Positions 38,132-50,061 of a stretch of 64,000 nt of DNA are shown here, one piece after another (within the stretch, counting starts at the first letter, position 1; each line of letters opens with the position of its first letter). The position numbers and the translations under genes were made by a program. Below the pieces are notes generated by a model that worked only from the letters and a program-made list of their open reading frames with translations, did not search any database and was not told the origin of the DNA. The stretch is from a virus: positions 4,001-68,000 of IMG/VR virus record IMGVR_UViG_3300030098_003782. The stretch is one strand, 5' to 3'.

Positions 38132-41100
38132 TTATATTGATTTTATATTTACACATCTTTTTTTAGCATCTTCATTATCCTCAACAATTTCATCTATTCT
38201 TTGTTCATGATATTTTGCTAAACCTGGTTGAATATTTTCTCTACCTGCTTGATTACCTTGTATTACAGATTTATCTACTCTCATACCTTCAGAATTATAA
38301 ATATTTAATTCTTTTAATCCATAAGGTATTCCTTTAGTAGTAGATCTTTTATATAAAACATTATCACCTACTTCGTCTACTTTAACAAATAATTTAGTAC
38401 CTTGTGGAGAAGACACTTTAAAATAATCTGTTGTTTTATTTAAAATCTTAGAATATATTCTACTATCTTTTTTATTTAGTTGAATTGTATTTGCAGCTAC
38501 AGACTCTTTATTAACTTTAATTTGATTAACTACATCAGTGTAATAAAAATTACGTATAAAATCATGTGCAAAATTATTACCTAAATATTCTATTTCATCT
38601 AATAATTCAAATTGCTCATAAAAATAAGTTGATGAATTACTTAATACTTCTACAGGTATTATATCTATAAAACTATCATGTCCCGGAGTAAATCCATGTG
38701 ATAATAAAGATATACGTATAAAATCAGTAGCCAACTCTCTTATTTCTGCTTCTGAATCTAAAAATAGATTTTTTAATCCTAAAGAAAATAAATCTGTTTC
38801 ACTTTTTGTAAATGAATTAATATTTTGAAATTTAACTCTAGTTAATATTGAATCTTCCTTAAGATTTTCTGGATGTTCTATTATATTTTTTATAAACATA
38901 TTTTCCTCTAATCTAGGAAATTTAGCTTTTAAATCTTGTAGTTTTGCTAATACATTTGTTTTTGGTCGTATTAATAGATTTCTTATATTATCTTCTGTAA
39001 ATACTGTAGATTTTAAAGGGCTATTTTCTTTAGACATTATTTCTAATAATATAGCTTCTTCTATAAGTCTATGATCAACATCAGATAAATTATCTTTATT
39101 TAATAATGTTCTTATTTGCTCTTTAACTTTAATTACAGATCTTTTATTATGAATAAAAAATTCTGATCCAAAATCTAATAATTTATCAATTAACTGTTTG
39201 TAAGATTTTTGTAGGGGATATGATTCTCCTTCTAAAACACTATTAAGACCTCCAATTAAATCGTTTTGTACTAAAACATCTTTTCTTGATTTATATGATA
39301 ATAATCCACCAAAATTAGCCTGATCTGCACCTTTATCTTGATTTAAAAGTACATAAGCACTTGTTAAATCTCTTCCTGTTTTATGGAAAGATAAGAAATT
39401 ACTAAGATACTGAAGTTGATCTTCATGAATTATATTTTCTTCTGATATATTACTTAATTTTTCCGTAGACATTTCTACAAATCCAAAATCTGAAACTTCT
39501 GAAAATGGCATATCTATATGCTGCCCAACAGTATATTTTGATGTATAGGTATTCCAAGTTTCACTTACAGCTTCGTATAACATATTAGGTGTATATTCAC
39601 CATCTTGATATACTCTAGTTAACATTCTAATAACAGGTTGATTTAAAAAGTCATGCGTAACATATTCATTAATACCTAAAGAGTCAAATAAAATACTAAT
39701 AGGCGCAGTTAAAGCATTATCATTTCTAAAATACATATCTGGATTTTTAGCATTATCTACTGCAGAACTAATACGCTTAGAAATATTATATTCAATCAAT
39801 TCACTTTTTTCACCTCTTGTACGATTAGAAGTAGTTTTATCATCAAATATAGATTGTAAATTATTATATTCTTGACCATCTATAACAGGAGCTAAACCAG
39901 CTTTTAAATGTAATTGAGAATAAACTGCAATATTTTTACCGGTTGCGGCATTAGCATATATTCCAATACCACTGTTACCATCTTTATTCATTCTTTCTAA
40001 TTGAATTTCAGAAAAAGAATCATTATGATCAAATTCTTCTTTTAGTCCTAAAGTTTCTTTAACTTGATTTGCTATAAATGCAAGATTAGGAGAGTCTAAT
40101 GGGGTTACTACCTCTCCAAAATGTGCAAAAGATTTAAGAATAGATTCTGCTAAATCAATTATTATATTTTCTAACTCAGGTCTTTCTAGTTTTTCTAATG
40201 CTGAATAATCTACTTCTGGGCCTATAAATAAATTTCTATAATTTACATTTATTTTTTCCTGTCTTCCAGTCTCAGGGTTTTTTCTTGTATTAGGCTTCAT
40301 TAATTGTAATGTATCAATATCAAAATCAGCTCCCATTTGAACTGTAATACCTGCAGGAACCATAATTGCTTGATCATAATTTCTAGGTAATATATACTTA
40401 ATAATCATAGGAAGCATAGAATTTTTACCTTGAGTAGGAATACGATATCCTATTAATATTCTTAATTCTTCAGGCATTGTGGATAAATCTTCCCCAGGTT
40501 TAAATCCATATTGAGCAGCTAGTTCTTCACTAATAGCTACTTCTGCATGTTTTATAGTACCATTTTCATTTCTAATAAATTTTAATTCTGTCCAAGAGCT
40601 TGGTAAACCCGTAGCTTGATCCCATGTTATATGGCCTCCTAATTCTGCTATTTGTTTAGCACTTCCTCCATTAATTGTTTGTTTAACAATATCTTTTTTA
40701 AGCATCCCCATAATAATACTTTCAAACTTTCGTTTTAAAGTTGGAAAAGCTAAAGGTATTTTAAATCTATAGTTTCCTTTTTCTGTTTTTTCAATCTCTA
40801 AAGCTTTTATATAATTTTCAGCTAATTCTCTATCTTTAATTTCTTGTATTAATCTGGTTCTTAAATTTTTAAGTAAATTTAATTGTGCTGTATTTTGGGC
40901 TTCATATCCAACTGCTTTTACTAAATCTCCATATCCTAAATCATTCATAAGCTTTTTATAGCTTTTATCAATCATATTTGATACAGTATTATGATATAAA
41001 TCAAATACCTGTCTTCCATTTAAAGCTCTTTCATTAATTCTATTTTGATTTACAATATAATTTAATGCGGGATCATTTAAATCTATATTAGATATAATAC

Positions 41101-44100
41101 CTAACATAAATTGTCTACCCAATAAACCATAATCTTTAGTTTTTTCAGGTATTATTTGTGGTATTCTAAATCCTGATCCAGGTAAAGTAGTTACATCCAT
41201 ATTAGTTAATCTGTCTAACACTTGATCAGTATCATTTAAATTTTCTACTCCTGTATAAGCTAATTTTTTAGTACTTACAGTATTTAATACATGCATAGTA
41301 GGTAATTCTGCAAAATTTCCTTCACCTTCTAATCTTTGTCTAATTAACTCTGCAGTAGGATTATTTAATGTAAATTCTTCTGTTAATACCATATAAGAAT
41401 TTTTTGTATTTTGAGGCATCATCATACCATTTTTTTCAACCATAGCATCAAAATATCCTTTTATAGGCTCAAGTCTTCTACGCCTTCCACTATTATCCCT
41501 AAAAAATTTATTTCCAGATCTTCCATTTTTATAATTTTGATATGCCTCTTCATCTTCTTTTTGCCACTCTCCTTTACCTTCTTTAAAAGCTTTATAAAAA
41601 TCTATAGATACAACTCCAAAAGCATCTGACTTATTAGACCTTTTATATGAATTTCCTATTTTTTCTGCATTTATATCTCCTTGAGCTTCTAAAGTTGCTG
41701 TTATAGAATCCCCAATTTGCTCATAAACTACCGGAGTAGTAAAAAAGTCTTCCATTAAACCTTCATTAAACTGTCTATAAAATCCATATCCAGGATCTTT
41801 TAAGTCTCCTTTTAATAATAATTTATACCCAGGAGTTTCCATATTACCAAATCTTTTAGAAAAATCTGTATAACTTTTATTAAAAGCTATCCCTCCTCTA
41901 GTAAATTTTTGTAGTTCAATCTTATGAACCATATTATTAAACTCATATTGTCTAAATAATTCTTCAAGACTAGAATATGGATTAGAAACAGATTTTTTAA
42001 GTTTATCTAATATACCTTTTGATTGATAATAAGCCATATTTTTCTTAGCTCTTTCGTTTAAAGCATCTATAACTTTTGCAACCTCATTGTTTAAAGCATC
42101 ATTAACAGCTTCTCTATTAATAACCATCACATCTCCAGAAAGATAATCTTTCCAGTCTACATCACTTAAAAGATATTGTATTTTTGTTTGAAATACAGCT
42201 GAATTTTCAACCGGTGTTAATTGTAACAATTGAAAAGCTTTACCATCTTTACTTCTTGGGGATTCTTGATAATGAAATCCAGGTATTAACTGATTATCTG
42301 GTAATCCTCCTTCTTCTACTGATTCTGTTTGTAAATCTGCTTGTTGATATCTCATCAAGTCTTGAATTATAAGACCTTTAATTATATCTTTATCAGATAA
42401 ATTAAGTTTAGTTTTAATAGTATCTATAGAAGGAACTGTATAAGCTTTTAACTTAGATCTGTCAGAAAGATTAGGTACAAACATTTTAACGTATCCTCTT
42501 TTTCCTGATCTATCCATAAAAGCTCCAAGTCTTATATAAGCAGATTGTATCTCATTCATTTCACCAAAATCAAAAGATCTTCCACTAAATTTTACATATC
42601 CATCAAATATTTCAGTTGTTAAATTTGCTCTAGCTTCATTAGAAAAATTACCTGCAAGACCTCCATATATTGTTAACCATAAAGATCTGGCTTTAGAATT
42701 ATATTCTGCAGGATTATAAAATACATCTTTTAAAAATGGTTCAAAAAACTCTCTATTATTACCTTTAAGATTTAAAATTAAATCATCCATAGGAGTAGGC
42801 ATATTTATAGGATGTATTGAATTATTTTTAACATTTAAAAATGATGTAAATAAATCTACTTGTCCAGACATTGCTATACTAGAAAATTTAGATAAAATAC
42901 CTCTATAAGTAGTATATATATTTTCTCCTTTATTTACACCTTTTACAAGTCTAGATACTTCTGTCGCAGTTCCATTATCTAGCATATTTTTATATAATGC
43001 AACTCCTTTTAACTTTTGACCTGTTTTAGAAAATTCGGTAGAACCTTCATTAAAATATGTTGTTAATAATTCTTTAGATTTTTGAGGTGAGCTTGTTATA
43101 TCAACTCCTAAAATATGTAAAAAATTAATTAAATCTTCTATTCTTTTTTCTGGTAAAGGTTTAGACGGATTATCATTATAAATTTTATTCATAGATTTAA
43201 AAGTTGTATTTAATTTAGATACTCTTTTTTTATTTGTACTATAAATTAAATTATCCCCAACTTGTCTTATACTGTATAAATGTCTTTCATTTGGAAATCC
43301 TTTATGCTGCACAGCATTTGTTCTCCATTGATCTATAATTCTAGTTTCTACCGCATTTCTATTAGAATTCATAAACTGTAATCCTTCTGTAGTTTCTTTA
43401 GCTAAGAAAAAATTATTTTTACTTTGCATAAAAGTAAATGCAAAACCAGCTCTTAAATTATTATCTGTAGTTTCTCTTAATCGTTTAACAACTTCAGCTA
43501 TATGAGGTTTTGTTTTACCTGCAATATCTAATCTGTTAAGTATTATTGGAAAGGATGTTGAATCTGCTAATATACTTTGAATGTCTTTATAGACCGTATC
43601 AAAAGGTAAGTAATTTTCATAGCCTAAATATGAAGATTCTCCTGAAGGAATAGTTGATAAAAATTCTTTTATTTGAGAATTTATTTTATTTCTCATATCT
43701 TCTTCTACTCTAGATCTAGAATAAATTCTTTCATAAGCTGTTCCCTCCTCTACCTCTTCTAATATAACTTCTCCAAGTTTTAATTTTAATCCATAATTTA
43801 CTAAACCATCCTGCATTAAACTTTCAAATCCTACTCTTCTTAAATTTTCAAGTTCTGAATTATCAATTATATCATTCCAATTTGTATAAATATTTAATAA
43901 ATATTCATGATTATTTTGATTAGGATACATATGAGTTTTAGGCTCTCCTTTTATAGGTCTAACAGATTGTTTTTTAATTTGATTATTAAATAATATTTTG
44001 TCATCTCTTTTTTCATACCATTCTCTTAATACTTCTAATTTCTCTGCTCCCTCTATGGGTAGTCCCTCATTAGTAGAAAAAGCCTCTCTAAGAACTGAAT

Positions 44101-46501
44101 TTTTTACTTTATTATTTAAAGTTTTATATGGAACTTTTTTATTTTGATCTTTATAACTTTGTATTGTATTTCTATATCTAGCTGTTAAATAGTCTATAAC
44201 TTCTTTAATATTTGCATCTGAATATCCTTCTATACTATTAGCTGTATCAGGTCTAAATCTTTGTATATTTCTTTTAAATGTTACAGGAACTACGTTAGAT
44301 TCAAGCATTTCATAAGCTTGTTTTATAGTCATACTATCTTTAAAAAGAGATTTAATAAAATTCCATATATTTTTAAAGAACTTACCTATTTTGCCGCCAG
44401 GAGTTGCCTGCCCATCAGTTAGCATATACTCACTAAACTCTTCAGCCATTTTTTCTTCTAGTACTAATTTCTCAGCTTCTTTTATAGATAACTTTTCTTG
44501 TCCAAATTGTTTTCGTATCTTATTTATTTCTCTTATTTCTTTGTCTGTAGGTATACCGTATTTTTTTCTAGCCTCTTTATACAAAGATTCTCTTTGTTTA
44601 TCATTCATCCATATTCTAAACATACCATGAAATCCTTCATGAAATTCTGTTCCTATTTTAGCATTTTGGTATAAATAAAATGCCATATTTTCAAAATATC
44701 CATGTCTAGTTATATTACCTATTTTATTAACTCCTTCTAATACAGTGGTAGATCCTTTACCAAATCTATCTTCTAACCACTGTTTTGCTTTTTCTTTATC
44801 TATTCTAGGAGAATGTCTAGCATCTCTTTCTGCGCTAAATACAGTTAAGTCATCTAAATCTTCAGGTTTTATTTTAGGAGCTGCAGATATATTAGGTGGA
44901 TTAGTTTTTGCTGTTGGAGGCCCTAAATTAGGAGATATAGCTGGATTTAAACCTCCTTCTGGAATTATAGTAGGATCAGTTAATATAGATTTACCGTCTA
45001 TTAATACATCATTAAATATTACATGTGTATTATAGTAAATAGATCCTTCTATATTTTTTAAATCTGTATTTAAAATTGCTCCATGGTTTTTAATTGGTAT
45101 ATTATAAGCATAGGGGTCACCATGAGCCTCTTCATCAAATAAATATTCTTGATATGAATTATATCCCCCAGGTTTAGTAAATCCTGGAATAGAAAATTTT
45201 TCTTGGCTAGTTAATAAATCTACATTTATTTGGTGTTTTTTATTTTTAAGTGTATTTAAAAATTCATTTATTAAATAACTTGTTTCTTTTGATTTTGGAG
45301 ATTTTATTTTCTTTGATGTTTTCCATTTAAAGTTTGGTACAGGAGAATCTATAGACTCTTCTACAAAACGCCCAACATCATATACAAACTCTTCTCCGTT
45401 TAACCCTTTATTAAACTCTTTAGAATCTATTCTTATAGCTTTATCATGTGTAGGACTATAAAAATTTAAGAATACTACATTTCCTTCATTAAGAGGAACT
45501 TCTTCAATAGATAAAAAATTAGGATCTTTATGTGCAACTTCAAATAATGTGCTATTACCTACTACTTGATTAATATTTTCAACTCTATTTTCAGATAATT
45601 CATTTAATATATATTCATAAGCCTTATCAGATAAATTTCTAGTACTTAATTTAACATATGAATACTTACCTTCTGGAGTCATGGTTAGAGAAAATATTTG
45701 TCCCATATGTTCAGGTTGAGGTATTCTAGTAGGATCTCCTAAATCTCCAATAATAGCCTCTTGTATCTTTGGGTTTAAATAGCTTAAATCTCCAGGATTC
45801 CATCTAGGAGTTTTACCTATACCTGTAGCAACAAGTAATATAGGTCTAGTTTCTTCTCCCGTAGGTGTTATAAAATTACCATCAATATCTCTAAGTGTAG
45901 TCATTTTTAACTCTTCAGTAATATTAAAAAATACTGGCATACCCCCAATTCTAATATTATTAAAATTAGGTATTTTAGAGTCTACTTGTAATTCAACTTT
46001 TTTCGGATTTTTAGCCGTTAAAGCTTCATATATTGCTTTTCTAATATGAGTATTTACATTATGTTCTTTAAAAGATTCTAATAAATCTAATCTATTACCT
46101 TCTTTATCTACAATATATAAAGGAGCTTCTATCCAAGGCTCTTCAAATTTATCTTTATTATTTGCCCAATAATCATTTTCAATAAATTGAATTTCTACAA
46201 AATCTCCAGGTAATACTTTAGGAGTATTTAAATTAGATTGATCTAAATTATCAGAAACATTATTTATAGTATTTGGATTTTTCTTTACAGGTACTATTTC
46301 ATCACCTTGAATTCTAACAGCTCTTCTAATCCTACCTTCTACATTTTGAATTTCATTACCATATTTAGCATTAGCAATTTTTATTTTACTACTATCAACT
46401 TCTTTATTAGGTTGTAGTCTAGCTTCAATTGCAGCTTTTAATTTGGCGATTTCAGCAAGTCTAGCTTCTATATCGCTTATTCTTTTTTTATTACATCCCA
46501 T
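38132..46501 (-). CDS. Virion-packaged two-barrel RNA polymerase with fused zincin-like domain
   Basis: YRIPTQGKNSM...MGADFDIDT (DFDID at 40313-40327), typical of crAss-like vRNAP such as phi14:2 gp66; HEGFH at 44627-44641 with EEKMAEEF. Confidence 0.9.
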   Translation of the reverse strand: MGCNKKRISDIEARLAEIAKLKAAIEARLQPNKEVDSSKIKIANAKYGNEIQNVEGRIRRAVRIQGDEIVPVKKNPNTINNVSDNLDQSNLNTPKVLPGDFVEIQFIENDYWANNKDKFEEPWIEAPLYIVDKEGNRLDLLESFKEHNVNTHIRKAIYEALTAKNPKKVELQVDSKIPNFNNIRIGGMPVFFNITEELKMTTLRDIDGNFITPTGEETRPILLVATGIGKTPRWNPGDLSYLNPKIQEAIIGDLGDPTRIPQPEHMGQIFSLTMTPEGKYSYVKLSTRNLSDKAYEYILNELSENRVENINQVVGNSTLFEVAHKDPNFLSIEEVPLNEGNVVFLNFYSPTHDKAIRIDSKEFNKGLNGEEFVYDVGRFVEESIDSPVPNFKWKTSKKIKSPKSKETSYLINEFLNTLKNKKHQINVDLLTSQEKFSIPGFTKPGGYNSYQEYLFDEEAHGDPYAYNIPIKNHGAILNTDLKNIEGSIYYNTHVIFNDVLIDGKSILTDPTIIPEGGLNPAISPNLGPPTAKTNPPNISAAPKIKPEDLDDLTVFSAERDARHSPRIDKEKAKQWLEDRFGKGSTTVLEGVNKIGNITRHGYFENMAFYLYQNAKIGTEFHEGFHGMFRIWMNDKQRESLYKEARKKYGIPTDKEIREINKIRKQFGQEKLSIKEAEKLVLEEKMAEEFSEYMLTDGQATPGGKIGKFFKNIWNFIKSLFKDSMTIKQAYEMLESNVVPVTFKRNIQRFRPDTANSIEGYSDANIKEVIDYLTARYRNTIQSYKDQNKKVPYKTLNNKVKNSVLREAFSTNEGLPIEGAEKLEVLREWYEKRDDKILFNNQIKKQSVRPIKGEPKTHMYPNQNNHEYLLNIYTNWNDIIDNSELENLRRVGFESLMQDGLVNYGLKLKLGEVILEEVEEGTAYERIYSRSRVEEDMRNKINSQIKEFLSTIPSGESSYLGYENYLPFDTVYKDIQSILADSTSFPIILNRLDIAGKTKPHIAEVVKRLRETTDNNLRAGFAFTFMQSKNNFFLAKETTEGLQFMNSNRNAVETRIIDQWRTNAVQHKGFPNERHLYSIRQVGDNLIYSTNKKRVSKLNTTFKSMNKIYNDNPSKPLPEKRIEDLINFLHILGVDITSSPQKSKELLTTYFNEGSTEFSKTGQKLKGVALYKNMLDNGTATEVSRLVKGVNKGENIYTTYRGILSKFSSIAMSGQVDLFTSFLNVKNNSIHPINMPTPMDDLILNLKGNNREFFEPFLKDVFYNPAEYNSKARSLWLTIYGGLAGNFSNEARANLTTEIFDGYVKFSGRSFDFGEMNEIQSAYIRLGAFMDRSGKRGYVKMFVPNLSDRSKLKAYTVPSIDTIKTKLNLSDKDIIKGLIIQDLMRYQQADLQTESVEEGGLPDNQLIPGFHYQESPRSKDGKAFQLLQLTPVENSAVFQTKIQYLLSDVDWKDYLSGDVMVINREAVNDALNNEVAKVIDALNERAKKNMAYYQSKGILDKLKKSVSNPYSSLEELFRQYEFNNMVHKIELQKFTRGGIAFNKSYTDFSKRFGNMETPGYKLLLKGDLKDPGYGFYRQFNEGLMEDFFTTPVVYEQIGDSITATLEAQGDINAEKIGNSYKRSNKSDAFGVVSIDFYKAFKEGKGEWQKEDEEAYQNYKNGRSGNKFFRDNSGRRRRLEPIKGYFDAMVEKNGMMMPQNTKNSYMVLTEEFTLNNPTAELIRQRLEGEGNFAELPTMHVLNTVSTKKLAYTGVENLNDTDQVLDRLTNMDVTTLPGSGFRIPQIIPEKTKDYGLLGRQFMLGIISNIDLNDPALNYIVNQNRINERALNGRQVFDLYHNTVSNMIDKSYKKLMNDLGYGDLVKAVGYEAQNTAQLNLLKNLRTRLIQEIKDRELAENYIKALEIEKTEKGNYRFKIPLAFPTLKRKFESIIMGMLKKDIVKQTINGGSAKQIAELGGHITWDQATGLPSSWTELKFIRNENGTIKHAEVAISEELAAQYGFKPGEDLSTMPEELRILIGYRIPTQGKNSMLPMIIKYILPRNYDQAIMVPAGITVQMGADFDIDTLQLMKPNTRKNPETGRQEKINVNYRNLFIGPEVDYSALEKLERPELENIIIDLAESILKSFAHFGEVVTPLDSPNLAFIANQVKETLGLKEEFDHNDSFSEIQLERMNKDGNSGIGIYANAATGKNIAVYSQLHLKAGLAPVIDGQEYNNLQSIFDDKTTSNRTRGEKSELIEYNISKRISSAVDNAKNPDMYFRNDNALTAPISILFDSLGINEYVTHDFLNQPVIRMLTRVYQDGEYTPNMLYEAVSETWNTYTSKYTVGQHIDMPFSEVSDFGFVEMSTEKLSNISEENIIHEDQLQYLSNFLSFHKTGRDLTSAYVLLNQDKGADQANFGGLLSYKSRKDVLVQNDLIGGLNSVLEGESYPLQKSYKQLIDKLLDFGSEFFIHNKRSVIKVKEQIRTLLNKDNLSDVDHRLIEEAILLEIMSKENSPLKSTVFTEDNIRNLLIRPKTNVLAKLQDLKAKFPRLEENMFIKNIIEHPENLKEDSILTRVKFQNINSFTKSETDLFSLGLKNLFLDSEAEIRELATDFIRISLLSHGFTPGHDSFIDIIPVEVLSNSSTYFYEQFELLDEIEYLGNNFAHDFIRNFYYTDVVNQIKVNKESVAANTIQLNKKDSRIYSKILNKTTDYFKVSSPQGTKLFVKVDEVGDNVLYKRSTTKGIPYGLKELNIYNSEGMRVDKSVIQGNQAGRENIQPGLAKYHEQRIDEIVEDNEDAKKRCVNIKSI

Positions 46502-46504
46502 ATA

Positions 46505-49500
46505 TTAAGTATTACAATTATCGTCTTCTTTGTTAAGCTCTTGTCTTAACCGTTCCTCCTCTTCTAAAAGTTGTTGATAATATTCATCTACACCTTCTAT
46601 AGGAAGTACATCTACTTCAGCTGTTGAGTTATCTATATCTTTTTTCATATCATCATTTAACTCCTCTTTTAATCTTTGTTCTTCTTCTGGAGATATCTCT
46701 TCCTTTATTATTACTTCTTCAGTTGAAAAATCTGTTTTATCTGTTTGAGTTTCACCCTCAACTGTTTCTTCTGTGTTTAAAACAACATCACCTTCTATAA
46801 CTCCTAACTCAATAAGTTTTTCATAAGCATATCTTCTACTTCCCTTTGCATTGTCTCTTCCTGCTCTATAAGGAGCTTGAAATGATAATGTTCCCATTAA
46901 TTTTGAATCGTAATCACTTTTTCGAAGAGGTATTCCTTCTTCTATTTCTTCTTTTATTTCTGGCATTAATTCTGCAGTAACTCGTTCAGAATTACCAGTA
47001 TTTATAGGACCAGTTCCCCATATCCATCTTTGCATAGCATTAACTAGTATAGCTTCGCTGTGTTCTTGAGGATTATTTAAAATATCTTCCATTAAAAAAT
47101 CAGCAATTAATTCGTTTCCTTTTCCTGTTTCTTTAGCTTTGCTATAAATAAATCTTTCTATTTCTTTTTCTGACCTATTTTTATCACGGTATAGTTGTAA
47201 TACTTCTTTATGCTTGTCTTGAAGAACATCTTCTAATAATTTTAATCTTTCTTCTTTACTAGTTACAGGAGGAATACCTTTAATTTTTCTAAAAGATCTA
47301 TGCTTACCGCTTTTCTCATCTTCTTCAATAGGGGTTTCTTTCTTTGTATTATTTTTAGGATTTAATTTTACAGCTTTAAGAGCTTCTAAAACATTAAGTT
47401 TATGTCTTAAATATTTAGCCTGTTTAGGATTATCTCTAATTTCATCTAATTCTTTTATAGTTTTTTCTATTTCCTTATCTATAAGTTCAACAGAAACATT
47501 TGGATCTCCATATTTATCTTGAATTGCTATTTCTTGTTTTTGCATTTTTTTAACTTCAGCTTCTACTTCTTTACGCTTTGCTTTACTAACTGCAGAAGGA
47601 ATATTTCTTAATGCACTTTGTGGATCAGATTCAGTATTTATAATTTCATCTGCTCTTCTATTTGCTGCGTTTTTAATACTTTGCTCTCCTGCAGCTAAGG
47701 CAGCTCTAATATAATTAGTTCGTCCTCTATTTGTTTGTAATCTATTCCAGTTCTCCATAAGATCTTGTAAATTACGATGTAAAAAATAATATTCTGACAT
47801 CTGTTTTTGTATAGCCTCTTTATCTAAAGGATGTTCAAATTTAACATTTTTAACTGAATTTGCAACACCATCTGTAAAAGTTTTATAAGCTTTATTATGC
47901 AGTTCATTTAAATCTTCTTTAGGAATTTGGGCCATAGTTGTTATAACATTTCCATTTTCATCTGTTTTTCCTGTTGCTTGTGCATTTAAAATGTATTCTT
48001 CTACTAAAGCATCAAATTGCTCAGTAGCTAAATCTACTTGTTCTTCTAATGTGCTTAAGGTTACACCTGGAACTAGTGAATCTATTTCTTTAGCTTTATC
48101 TTCTTTTTGGTTACTTATAGTATCTAAAAAAACTGCATTATGAAGAAGTTGAGCTTTAAGCATTTGATTTTCTTTTATTCTGTTTGCTTCTCTTTCTCTT
48201 CTAGTTTTTCCCATTAAAACTCTTGGAAGACCTTTTGTTGCTTCTTCAGAAAACATTTCATCTAAAGCATTTTTTCTTCTAACTATAGTTTCAGTTTCTT
48301 CTAGCATATTATCAATAACTTTATTTTTATCTATTTGTATATCTTGAGCTATACCAAAAAGATTTTTAAATTCTGTATCAGAAAGAGATCTAAAGTCATT
48401 TAATCTAGTTGTAAAAAATTCTAATGTACCTGCATTATCTAATGTTGATATTTCATTTATAAGAGCTTGAGTCATTGCTTGATCAGCTAACTTATCTTTA
48501 CCTTCAGCTCTGTATTTATCAGCTTTATCTAAATAGTACGAAGTTGCTGAACTAGATTGACCTCTATTAATAATACCCATAAAAGCGTCATCATTCATAA
48601 TTTCCTGAACTCTAGAAGCTAGTTTATTTCTATTTTTTACTCTACTATAAGTACCTACACTTCCTCCTATACCTCCAACTATAGCTCCAATCATCATAGA
48701 TTCTAATCCTTCTGTTTCTCCAAACGTTCTAGATAAACCTTCAGTTATAGCTTCTGTTGAAGTTATACCTCCATCATTATCAAATCTAGAAGCATAATAT
48801 TCTGTAGAAGCTACATTAGTAGCATATTGACCTCCTTCTTGTATTGCTTCTACAGTCATTCCTCTTCTTGCTCCACTTGTCCATTTTCTTAATCTTCCTA
48901 ATTTAGAGGCTGATCCTTTATCTACTATTTGTTTACCAGTTTGTTGTAATCCTCCTCCAGTTATTCCACCTTTTAAACTTTGTTTAGTTACACCCCCAGC
49001 TAAAAATTTACCAAACATACCTACATTAGTTATAGATAATATAGACATATTAGCTGCAAAACTAGCATTACCAGCAGCTTGAGATAAAGCTTCTATTTCA
49101 TTTAAAACATGTCCAGGTATACCTTCAGGATATTTTTCTAGAGCTTCGTCCATTAATCTTCTTTTTATATTTTTTTGAGTTTCTCTAGCTTCTACAGAAG
49201 ATTCTGCTAAAGACATCATAGCCCCTGCTTCTAAAGTTAATAGTCCTTTTTTAATTCTTCCTGTTTTATTAACTTTGTCATACATTGATAATAACTGTTC
49301 TCCTCGTTTAGTTCCTTTAGCTGTTTTATAAAGTTTATGTATTCTTTCAGCTTTAGTTGCAGCATTTAATACCCTACTCGCTTGAAGAACTCTACCAGCT
49401 ATTCCTATAGCGCCATATCCTCCAGTCATCCATACAGTTGCTAGTGATCCTAAAGTGTATCCTAAACCATTAGCAGCTTTATCAGCCCAAAAGTTAGCTG

Positions 49501-50053
49501 TGCCCATTCTACCCCAAAGACCCATATCTTGCTCTGCTCTTGTATAATAATTAGGCATTTCTTTTCTACCCCATTCATTCCACCCATCTACCATTTTACC
49601 AATTTCATTATTATGATATTGACCACCACTTAACATTTCATCAATACCAGCTATTATACCTATAGTATTTTCTACTATAGCCCCTCCTGTAGTTATAGCT
49701 GCTTTTTTAAGTCCATGATTCCATTTTTCTCCAGTAGTTTGTTTTTGTGCCCTTAGTTCATTCCATTCTTCTCCATAAGCACTGAATATAATTCCATATT
49801 TACTGTATTTAGATGGATGATCATATTCACCCAAGTCCGGATTCCATTGTTTATATGATAAATCCCTATGTCTGAACATAGAAGGATCAGTTATACGTCC
49901 GCTTTTAGGTCCTACAGGTAAAGGCATATCAGGATCTATATGTAAACTATTTGTAAAATTAGTAGGTCTATGCCTTTTTCTATAATTAGGTAATTTAATA
50001 TCCTTATCTATATTTATACCTGTATAATATTTTGATCTATCGTGATGGCTCAT
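46505..50053 (-). CDS. Large virion/ejection protein
   Basis: Gly/Ala-rich hydrophobic segments (GYTLGSLATVWMTGG, MMIGAIVGGIGG), EAIQEGGQ, long helical region; immediately upstream of vRNAP. Confidence 0.65.
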   Translation of the reverse strand: MSHHDRSKYYTGINIDKDIKLPNYRKRHRPTNFTNSLHIDPDMPLPVGPKSGRITDPSMFRHRDLSYKQWNPDLGEYDHPSKYSKYGIIFSAYGEEWNELRAQKQTTGEKWNHGLKKAAITTGGAIVENTIGIIAGIDEMLSGGQYHNNEIGKMVDGWNEWGRKEMPNYYTRAEQDMGLWGRMGTANFWADKAANGLGYTLGSLATVWMTGGYGAIGIAGRVLQASRVLNAATKAERIHKLYKTAKGTKRGEQLLSMYDKVNKTGRIKKGLLTLEAGAMMSLAESSVEARETQKNIKRRLMDEALEKYPEGIPGHVLNEIEALSQAAGNASFAANMSILSITNVGMFGKFLAGGVTKQSLKGGITGGGLQQTGKQIVDKGSASKLGRLRKWTSGARRGMTVEAIQEGGQYATNVASTEYYASRFDNDGGITSTEAITEGLSRTFGETEGLESMMIGAIVGGIGGSVGTYSRVKNRNKLASRVQEIMNDDAFMGIINRGQSSSATSYYLDKADKYRAEGKDKLADQAMTQALINEISTLDNAGTLEFFTTRLNDFRSLSDTEFKNLFGIAQDIQIDKNKVIDNMLEETETIVRRKNALDEMFSEEATKGLPRVLMGKTRREREANRIKENQMLKAQLLHNAVFLDTISNQKEDKAKEIDSLVPGVTLSTLEEQVDLATEQFDALVEEYILNAQATGKTDENGNVITTMAQIPKEDLNELHNKAYKTFTDGVANSVKNVKFEHPLDKEAIQKQMSEYYFLHRNLQDLMENWNRLQTNRGRTNYIRAALAAGEQSIKNAANRRADEIINTESDPQSALRNIPSAVSKAKRKEVEAEVKKMQKQEIAIQDKYGDPNVSVELIDKEIEKTIKELDEIRDNPKQAKYLRHKLNVLEALKAVKLNPKNNTKKETPIEEDEKSGKHRSFRKIKGIPPVTSKEERLKLLEDVLQDKHKEVLQLYRDKNRSEKEIERFIYSKAKETGKGNELIADFLMEDILNNPQEHSEAILVNAMQRWIWGTGPINTGNSERVTAELMPEIKEEIEEGIPLRKSDYDSKLMGTLSFQAPYRAGRDNAKGSRRYAYEKLIELGVIEGDVVLNTEETVEGETQTDKTDFSTEEVIIKEEISPEEEQRLKEELNDDMKKDIDNSTAEVDVLPIEGVDEYYQQLLEEEERLRQELNKEDDNCNT

Positions 50054-50061
50054 ATATAATT

